Program-made: the position numbers and the translations under genes
Origin: Trichomonas gallinae
Lineage: Eukaryota
DNA length: 49,325 nucleotides
Assembly (NCBI GenBank): GCA_008369845.1
Contig: MRSU01000049.1
Coordinates: 1-49,325 of the forward strand
Reading direction: 5' to 3'
The notes under the pieces: model-generated
What the model was told of the DNA's origin: nothing
What the model saw: the letters and a program-made list of their open reading frames with translations, nothing else
Databases searched by the model: none
Shown: positions 41,911 through 49,325 of the stretch, piece by piece
How positions within the stretch are numbered: position 1 is the stretch's first letter
How the letters are laid out: every line of letters begins with the position of its first letter

Positions 41911-42254
41911 TTCTGATGTTTTAGTTGATAAAAATTTTATTTGAATTTGGTTTCTCCTCAAAAGAATTACACATCTATATATATCTTTCGATGTATAATT
42001 AATATCTGAAATTTGGTGTCTTTTGCCCGATATATCGATAAAAAAATATTTGCAATAATCGAAATAGCCTAAATTTCCATTAATTTTTCATACATTCTTG
42101 ATGTATAGATATCATATAAATCGTAATTTTTGAGTATTTTTGAAATTTTTTTTGACATGATATTTTTGTGAAATTAGATGAAATTGCTCGTAATATATAA
42201 TTTTTTTGGTGTAAATACTTCTAATTTTGAGAGCCAATCTCAATGCTCATGAAA

Positions 42255-42630
42255 AAATGAGTTCGAATCTTATTTACGGGGAACAAATACTGATTTTATC
42301 AAAAAATAAACGTAAACGCTCATGGAGTACTGCACACAAAACGATGTTTTCAGCTCTGAGTATTAATTTGACTTAAACTGGCATTAGTCCAGAAGCTCTT
42401 TTAGACTACCATTCAAATAAAAGAAGGAAATTTAGCTTGTATACAATGTCATGACCACATACATTTAATTGGAAAAGAAAAGCTTCAAACATGATCGAAA
42501 CAAAAGATTACTTGTGACCCCAGTGTAATAGAATGCACACATATAGATTTCACACATATATCTGTAGTAAACATTGAAGATTTCACTCGTATTGCATTTG
42601 CTTGAGTCAGTCAAATATTTAATCAGTTTC
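42255..42630 (+). pseudogene. Probable decayed ankyrin-repeat gene
   Basis: Stop-interrupted fragments, including IKEGNLACIQ (from 42417) and HLLESVKYLIS (from 42595), resemble the ankyrin consensus G(N/H)LEVVKYLIS. Confidence 0.33.
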
Positions 42631-43511
42631 TTTTTTATTTGAAAACTCGATCTATTGGTTTTATATGTTATAGACATGCTATATATAAAAGGAATAAGCG
42701 ATTTTAATGCCTTTTCCAAGTTAAATTCTATTTTTTATTAATTTTTGAAACATTCCAAAAAATCATTCTTTAAATGACTAGTACTGCATGTATGTTCGGC
42801 AAAACGATGAAAATATTTTCAATTGCATATTCAATTTTTCAATTTAATTTCTTAAAATTTCATAAAATGATGCTGCAATGAACAATTTATCGATTATCGT
42901 ATATAGCAATGGCAATGATTTTTGGAGCTATTTTTTAAGATAATAAACCGTCTTTTGTTTTTCTCTGAAAATAATCTTGCAGAAATCAACCAGCTCTTTT
43001 ATATTCTAAACATATGACTTGATAAAAAGTCAAAGCATATTGTTGTTATTTATAATTACCAATCTGCCTATGCATGAAGAATATCCATCAGTTTTACGCT
43101 AAATTTTTTTGATAAGTACTAACAATTATTTTTCTCTTAAAAGCCAGATGAAGCATTATTAATATATCCATAGAATGTTATATTATATATCCGAACACTC
43201 TGAAATTTAATTTTTTTTCCCCTTCACGATTTCGAATTTCACTGACACACAATGATATTATTTTGTAATTTTTGAAAAACTTTTAAATCTTCTCATCTAA
43301 ACTAATTTTTGCGCTATTCACATCTAAGCGTGTATGGAATGAGATCAGCAGTTGTTCCTTAATTAAAGTCACAACCATTCAATTAATTGAGATCCATTCA
43401 ACTTAGTTGCGTTTATAAATTCATTTTTTATCGATACTAACCTCTACATCTTCTAAATATTAAAAATATTAAAATTCATCATTTTTATTCAAAGTCAACA
43501 AACAACAAAAA

Positions 43512-46391
43512 ATGGTTTTACCTTCTTATTTTACCATCCCATTGATAGCCTCAGTCCCAAACATGTGGATAATTCTTGCTAAATATCTATTCGAGCCGAC
43601 GTCCAAAGTCATATACATGAACTTCTCTAATCTTATCGTAATATTATTAAAACTAATATGTGAGTACTCATTTATTGCTTGCACACACTACTGGCTCTTA
43701 AACTTCTTAGTTACGAAACCAAAGAACTCAAAAGGAAAGATTTTTATCGATCTTTTATTTTACGGAATATATATTGAGATTTTCGGATTTTCTCTTTATG
43801 ATTTCGAGTTCTCCAGGAATAACTTACAGATCGCACTACCTTCTCTTTATTACGCTTATTTGGGTAGGTATAGATCATCGAGTCGTAATACATTCTCTGA
43901 GCCAATCTACAGAATACCAAATCCAGTTGGTTCCATGAAGACATCCAATTCTATTATAACAGATACAATCAAAGACTCTCCAACATTTTGGATTATCACT
44001 ATTTCAATCATGGTAGGATGGATTCTGGCACAGTTGTATCTGTTGTACAGGTATAGAGATATCATATTCAGCCATCTAAATTTGTTTTCTTACGAGGCTA
44101 GAAAAAGAGTCTTAATTTCGGATAATATCCATTTTGATTTGCTTGACAAACAGTTTCATCAGAGAAAATACAAAGATATACTATTAACAGTCATTCACAT
44201 ATTAGCTCTTGTCCATTTAATTTTCACATTTGATTTATATTTTGTCCCATCGAACCTGAAAATGACCAGATACTTAACATTACCATATTTAGATGCCATG
44301 CTTGTATCATTGTACCATTTTGAATCCAAGTTGCCCAATAGAACAAGACATGAATTGTTAAGTTTAACGAGATCTTACTTACCACCAGGCAGAATGTGGC
44401 TAGATAACAGGAAAGATCCCGTATATCCTCAAGTTCATGCAGATCCAATCACATATTGCGCATATAACAAGCAAGATCCAAAATGTGAAGGAGTTAAACC
44501 GGTTCCTGGAGAAAAGATGGTCAAACAACTCCCTAATGTTGTCTTATTGGTATACGAGAGTTTCACCCCTTCTTATTACCAAATTAATCCTGATTATATT
44601 ATTGAGCACACACACGCTTCAAAAGACGATGCAAAGAGAATATTGACCAACACAAGCTATTACCATCCGGATATAGCCCCGAATTTGCACAAATATGCAA
44701 GTTCTGGAATAACATTCAGCGGAATGTCATCATTAGGCATTCCTACAGCGTCAGGATGGCACTCATTGATGACAGGACTCGGACCTTCGCAGTCATTTAC
44801 AAATATTGTTGAAGGAGCAAAAATTCATTCAGATGATTTCCCTTCTAACCTTAGACATCGCGGCTATAGGTCATTTTTCATCAGTTCCGGCCTATTTAGC
44901 TTCGATGGAGCCAATCATTTCGTAGACAGAAAACCTGCAATTGAAGAAGCAAAGAATATCCTTCGTTGCAAGGACGGATTCGGCGATTTATACGATGAGG
45001 AGTCAATGAGACAGATGTTCCCCAAAAATGTTTATCCAAAACTAAAAGATTGTTCTGCATCAGAAGTCGAAAAACTTGCACGCGAACTTAGAAAGCAAAA
45101 ACTTGATTTACCAAAACCGTTTGATTACGCATTCTCTTACAGACCATCAGATGACAATGCCAAGCACCTAGGGATCGATCCAAAGACACTGACTGTTAAG
45201 ACATACTGGCAGTCAGATAGGATTACGTCCGCCGAAGTCATTTATCACTGGAAGCAACAACGTAATTTCTTGAATAAGAAGAACATCACGAAGCCAATCC
45301 TTGGTATACATTTGAGCATAGAAGGACACATTCCTTACAGCGAGAGAGATGATCACGGACTCTATGAAGAGACAAACAAGTTCGATCATCTTTTCGAAGG
45401 ATTTTCAGCGAGAGAAAAAACAAGAGCAAGGAACTTTATAAAAGTATCTAGAGTAACGGACAAGTACCAGATAGGATCAGTTCTGGACTGGCTAAAGAAA
45501 AATGACAACAACACGATCTTCATCATAACAGGAGACCACGGAACAAGAGACATACCTTTGCACGACGTTGAATCTAAAGTTTACGAAGATGTTGTTTTCT
45601 CAGGCGACTGCGTTCACAAATCCAGTGGATCTGACTCTTTCTTCGTTACAAGTGGCGCAATAGGTTATCTCGGTGATGATCCAGTCATCAAGCAGATGAT
45701 GCACCTCGATGAACTTGCTGGAAAGACTCTGAAAATACCAGCAGACCACAACGACTTAATCTACACAGTCGAGGAGTTGATCAGTGAACTTAATGGAACA
45801 GTGATGCCTCCAACACACAGAAGATCGAGGAACCTGATCAAGCTCACTAAAGAAATATCAGATATGCTAAAGACATCGAAACCAAAGAGGGTTTATGATC
45901 ACATAAATGAGATGAACTGGAGATCATATTCCACTGTTTCTTATATTACAGAATTCAGAGAAGGAGCAAACTTATTGAGAACGAATCCATCTGATCCTAA
46001 AGAAGCCCATCTTTACAATAATGCTAGTTATCCACTCTGCATGAAAGTAAAGGGTGAAAAAGATCAAGTTTTGGGAACAGAAGAATCTCAACAGTATTTC
46101 AAGAAGATGAAAAAGTTTATGCAAGTTGAAACATATTTGAATTACCACAACAGAATATTCAACTACGCATTTAGAGATACTTCATGCGTCGAAAAAATGA
46201 ATTGTGAGTTCCCTAAGCCAGATGAACTCAGATTCAACTACATTTTCATTTATGCACTTGCAATTCCTCCTGTTTTGATTATGCTCGCAGGTTCTCTAAT
46301 TGGAATTCTGATATCTGCATTGATGGCTGTTATTGGAATGTTCCACATTGAAAAAAGATCAATCGATGAAAATGTATTATGTGATTTATGA
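43512..46391 (+). CDS. Multi-pass membrane protein with an alkaline-phosphatase/sulfatase-fold domain (LtaS/phosphoglycerol/phosphoethanolamine transferase-like)
   Basis: About 5 N-terminal hydrophobic segments. PNVVLLVYESF (metal Glu), GIPTASGWHSLMTG (Thr nucleophile position), LRHRGYRSFF, GHIPY, NTIFIITGDHG; C-terminal TM helix. Confidence 0.82.
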   Translation: MVLPSYFTIPLIASVPNMWIILAKYLFEPTSKVIYMNFSNLIVILLKLICEYSFIACTHYWLLNFLVTKPKNSKGKIFIDLLFYGIYIEIFGFSLYDFEFSRNNLQIALPSLYYAYLGRYRSSSRNTFSEPIYRIPNPVGSMKTSNSIITDTIKDSPTFWIITISIMVGWILAQLYLLYRYRDIIFSHLNLFSYEARKRVLISDNIHFDLLDKQFHQRKYKDILLTVIHILALVHLIFTFDLYFVPSNLKMTRYLTLPYLDAMLVSLYHFESKLPNRTRHELLSLTRSYLPPGRMWLDNRKDPVYPQVHADPITYCAYNKQDPKCEGVKPVPGEKMVKQLPNVVLLVYESFTPSYYQINPDYIIEHTHASKDDAKRILTNTSYYHPDIAPNLHKYASSGITFSGMSSLGIPTASGWHSLMTGLGPSQSFTNIVEGAKIHSDDFPSNLRHRGYRSFFISSGLFSFDGANHFVDRKPAIEEAKNILRCKDGFGDLYDEESMRQMFPKNVYPKLKDCSASEVEKLARELRKQKLDLPKPFDYAFSYRPSDDNAKHLGIDPKTLTVKTYWQSDRITSAEVIYHWKQQRNFLNKKNITKPILGIHLSIEGHIPYSERDDHGLYEETNKFDHLFEGFSAREKTRARNFIKVSRVTDKYQIGSVLDWLKKNDNNTIFIITGDHGTRDIPLHDVESKVYEDVVFSGDCVHKSSGSDSFFVTSGAIGYLGDDPVIKQMMHLDELAGKTLKIPADHNDLIYTVEELISELNGTVMPPTHRRSRNLIKLTKEISDMLKTSKPKRVYDHINEMNWRSYSTVSYITEFREGANLLRTNPSDPKEAHLYNNASYPLCMKVKGEKDQVLGTEESQQYFKKMKKFMQVETYLNYHNRIFNYAFRDTSCVEKMNCEFPKPDELRFNYIFIYALAIPPVLIMLAGSLIGILISALMAVIGMFHIEKRSIDENVLCDL

Positions 46392-46662
46392 TTAAAAATA
46401 GTGTTTTTTTATTGTTTTTTTTTTAATTTTAAAAGATCCCTATCACAGAAATCAAACAGATCAGAAATCACATGATTAAGTGTTGATAGGCAAAGAATGT
46501 TGACTTATTACATTTTGTTAAAATTCAATTTTGTTATGCCAAACATATCTATTGGCTCATTACTTTCATATATATGCTTTAATAATATCGTAATTACTGA
46601 TTACTGAATTGAAATTAATTACTGATTGTCAATTGTTATATGAGAAATAATAAATATTTTAA

Positions 46663-47319
46663 CTATATTCTTACATTGCCATTCTTAGATATGTGACCTA
46701 TAATGCTTACATCGTCATCATCTTCATGACTTGACAAAAAGTCTTCCACGAGTGAGCCATCATCGGCAATTACGTCGCCAAGCAGATCTATCTTGTTTAT
46801 TGCAATACATGGAGGCCAGCCAGGGCAATTTTCATTCTGAATAAGTCGAATATATTTTCCAGTGTATTCTTGGCTAAATTTGTATGTCTTTTCCTTGCAG
46901 TATCTCATTTCGTAATCTTTTTCAACTTTGTGGACGTCTGTCCATGTTTTATTATCATCCGAAATTTGGAGAGACCAACTAAACAAGCAATAGTCTACGC
47001 ATCCATATGTTTCATCATCACAACAACAGCTTTGATCATAGCAGCATCCAGCGCGAAGGAAATAACCATTAATACGGAATTTTCGATTCTTTAATGAGAA
47101 AATGATCCATGGATAATTATTATAGTCAGATGGACAGTTAGAACACCAATCATAATCCTTATTAAATGGATAAATTGCGTATTCCGGTTTTGTGAGCTGC
47201 AATGAGCCATTGATATGTTGTTTTGATGACCCACTGACATCAATAGCTACTATATTGTCGTTGAAATGCTTTTGAAATATTCCTTCACTATAACTTATTC
47301 TGAATAAAGCAAATAACAT
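46663..47319 (-). CDS. Secreted F5/8 type C (discoidin/galactose-binding-like) domain protein with a Cys-rich insert
   Basis: Leader MLFALFRISYS. DWCS...PWIIFSL...INGYFL...SWSLQISDDNKTWT...KYIRLIQ...IDLLG; acidic tail. First ATG at 47319. Confidence 0.75.
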   Translation of the reverse strand: MLFALFRISYSEGIFQKHFNDNIVAIDVSGSSKQHINGSLQLTKPEYAIYPFNKDYDWCSNCPSDYNNYPWIIFSLKNRKFRINGYFLRAGCCYDQSCCCDDETYGCVDYCLFSWSLQISDDNKTWTDVHKVEKDYEMRYCKEKTYKFSQEYTGKYIRLIQNENCPGWPPCIAINKIDLLGDVIADDGSLVEDFLSSHEDDDDVSIIGHISKNGNVRI

Positions 47320-47787
47320 TAAATAATTTGACACTTTACATGTCAAAAATTACAATTCAATGAAAAACAAATAACTAGGAATTTTAATATAATTATATGC
47401 TTATATAGCTTGTGTAAAATACAAATTAAGTTCAAAATATAATGATATACATTTAAAAAATTCGAATTTTGTAATTTCTCTAATAATGACTTCTGCAGAT
47501 ATTTAAGTTAAGATGCTGCATATATAAATAGTTTAATTTCTGATATTAATGTGTTAACAGGATTTTTGATGAAGATTGAATTAAACTTTATTTTCAACAG
47601 AAATTGGTTTATTGGAAAAGAGTAACTAAATAAAAACACAAATTTATTATCATTGCATATGATGAAATCATGATATTTCTAAATAATTTAATATTAGATT
47701 TTAAATCCTATCTTGGCGTTTTGATTACATTGTTAAACATCGGACTAGTTCTGTATACAACCATTTATATAATAATTACAAAATATT

Positions 47788-49008
47788 TTATACAAAATAT
47801 AACCAAGGTGACTCTAAGATCTTCTCTGCAGTTGGTCTATTTCTTGGAATGATTGATAGAAGTGGCTCGAGGAATTCGTTGAGCTCTGCTGCATCTTGTT
47901 CAGTTAAACCATACTTAATCAAGAGATTATAAAGGCATGGAAGCTGTTTCTTATATGTTGCAATGAGACCACCATGTCTATTATATAATTCTGGGTAGTA
48001 TTTTCCATTCTTCGCCCAGTCACGTGGAATTGATCCGAGAACAGACTCCATCATCGAAAGCTGGACAGCATCGAACAGATCTCTGTTCTTCGATGTCTCT
48101 TCTATGCTGGAATCCGGAAGAACAGGATCAAATAAGTGATGTCTTGTTGCAAGCTCGAATGTCATACAGCCCAGTGACCAAATATCAGCTGAATAGTCAT
48201 AAGGAAGACCGAGGAGGACCTCTGGCGATCTATATTGGCGTGTTTGGATCAAATCATTCATAATTTCATCGATGAAACAGGAATTGCCAAAATCACCAAG
48301 CTTAAAATTGATTGTTGACTCGTCATCTTCGAGACAATTGAATACTTCTCGTGTATCATCTTCGCTGAACGGACCATATGGGAAAATTGGGCGTTCAGCG
48401 AAAACATTTTCTGGTTTCAAGTCGGTGTGAATTGTTCCATGTTTATGCATGAAGTCAAGGCCTTTGAGGGTATCCAAAACAATCTTCTTTACGAGTTTGA
48501 GAGGAATCGGAACATAATTATCGTCGAAGTAGTTCAAAAATGTAAGAATATTTTGCGAAACAAGTTCAAAAACCAAGCAGCAATGATCTTCATGATAGAA
48601 GACATCGTAAAAAAGCGTAATATGCTTTGTTGGATCTTCGAAAGATGAAAGATACGAATTTAGGATAAGTTCATCCTCGAATTGTGAATCATCATTATCT
48701 TCATGTCTCTTTTTCAGTATTTTGATGGCCACATTCTCGCATCTTAGGTAATCATAAGCGAGCCAAACTAAACAAAATGTTCCACGTCCAATCATCGTCT
48801 TAATCTGATATCTGTGCGAGAGTATCATATTTTGGTGAAGAACAAGATGGCCTTCGTCGAAGTCGCTTCTATATAATTTATCGAGCTGATCGATTTTATC
48901 TCCAGAATAGGTTCTGCCTGGCTCTGTTCCAAAGTAGTATGTCGATGATTCATCTTCCTGCTCCTCGTGAAAATCCTCTTCTTCAACAAAATCAGAATTA
49001 GATGACAT
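47788..49008 (-). CDS. SRPK: CMGC kinase, SRPK family (SR-protein kinase)
   Basis: GRGTFCLVWLA, VAIK, CLVFE, IHTDLKPEN, LGDFGN, IQTRQYRSPEV, DIWSLGCMTFELAT..LFDP. First ATG at 49008. Confidence 0.9.
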   Translation of the reverse strand: MSSNSDFVEEEDFHEEQEDESSTYYFGTEPGRTYSGDKIDQLDKLYRSDFDEGHLVLHQNMILSHRYQIKTMIGRGTFCLVWLAYDYLRCENVAIKILKKRHEDNDDSQFEDELILNSYLSSFEDPTKHITLFYDVFYHEDHCCLVFELVSQNILTFLNYFDDNYVPIPLKLVKKIVLDTLKGLDFMHKHGTIHTDLKPENVFAERPIFPYGPFSEDDTREVFNCLEDDESTINFKLGDFGNSCFIDEIMNDLIQTRQYRSPEVLLGLPYDYSADIWSLGCMTFELATRHHLFDPVLPDSSIEETSKNRDLFDAVQLSMMESVLGSIPRDWAKNGKYYPELYNRHGGLIATYKKQLPCLYNLLIKYGLTEQDAAELNEFLEPLLSIIPRNRPTAEKILESPWLYFV

Positions 49009-49016
49009 AATAGATG

Positions 49017-49152
49017 TTTGACAACTGACATTTTTACATGTCAAAATATCAATATATTACTTTACATGACAAAAAAAACATAAAATAATTTACACGACAA
49101 AATTACAAATTACATATCAAAATGTCAAAAATATTTTCTTTACGTGACAAAA
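49017..49152. promoter_or_regulatory. Cluster of four TTTACRYGWCAAA elements plus extra TGACA/TGTCA half-sites upstream of SRPK
   Basis: TTTACATGTCAAA 49033, TTTACATGACAAA 49061, TTTACACGACAAA 49089, TTTACGTGACAAA 49139. Confidence 0.65.
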
Positions 49153-49325
49153 TGTTTTGGAAAAAAAAATGACGAAGTAAGAAGATTTTTTGGAAAATAA
49201 AAGTGAATTTTATTTAAGGAGGAGTAATAGTCAAAGAGGGATAATTGTATTTACTGTACGGTAAATCGGCTATCAGTATCCCTATTGACGAGCTAGCATA
49301 TGGCATACCTTTTGATGAATTTTTG

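Noticed and set aside
43241..43252. ACTGACACACAA, similar to the trichomonad intron 3' motif ACTAACACACAG
   Set aside because: Mismatched branch site, no terminal AG and no flanking exon frames.
21540..49325. In-frame TAA/TAG in protein-like intergenic fragments suggesting stop-to-Gln recoding
   Set aside because: Intact conserved genes end at TAA at the expected positions (for example PSMB3 ...RMD*), and the fragments also contain TGA stops and frameshifts. This is ordinary pseudogenisation.
1..49325. Maverick/Polinton, mariner or Mutator elements common in T. vaginalis
   Set aside because: No transposase, integrase or polymerase ORFs and no long terminal inverted repeats were recognised.

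Overview
AT-rich, gene-dense eukaryotic DNA with no recognisable introns. It is most consistent with a trichomonad (Trichomonas vaginalis or a close relative): TCA(T/C)(T/A) initiators lie just upstream of several ATGs, several stop codons sit in TAAA, and Myb, BEACH and ankyrin genes are present. The window has about 18 intact CDSs: two R2R3-Myb, BEACH, Hydin-like, a Cys-rich membrane protein, HAD phosphatase, RING E3, MLH1, two SH3b-peptidase paralogues, Dim1, proteasome beta3, ankyrin, a Cdc48-derived protein, a small acidic ORF, an LtaS/sulfatase-like membrane enzyme, a discoidin-like protein and SRPK. It also has one tRNA-Glu(CTC) and several decayed pseudogene-like segments. No transposon or CRISPR array was recognised. 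Highlights: (1) a tandem pair of secreted bacterial-type SH3b-SH3b proteins whose C-terminal Gln/Cys/His/Asp domain resembles Borrelia DUF261/C39-like peptidases rather than NlpC/P60, a candidate new laterally acquired peptidoglycan hydrolase; (2) a Cdc48/p97 N+D1 probable pseudo-ATPase fused to a ~950-aa tail with ~20 DPF motifs; (3) a recurrent intergenic TTTACRYGWCAAA / TGACA element upstream of many genes and of the tRNA. All family assignments come from motif recognition by eye; no searches were run.
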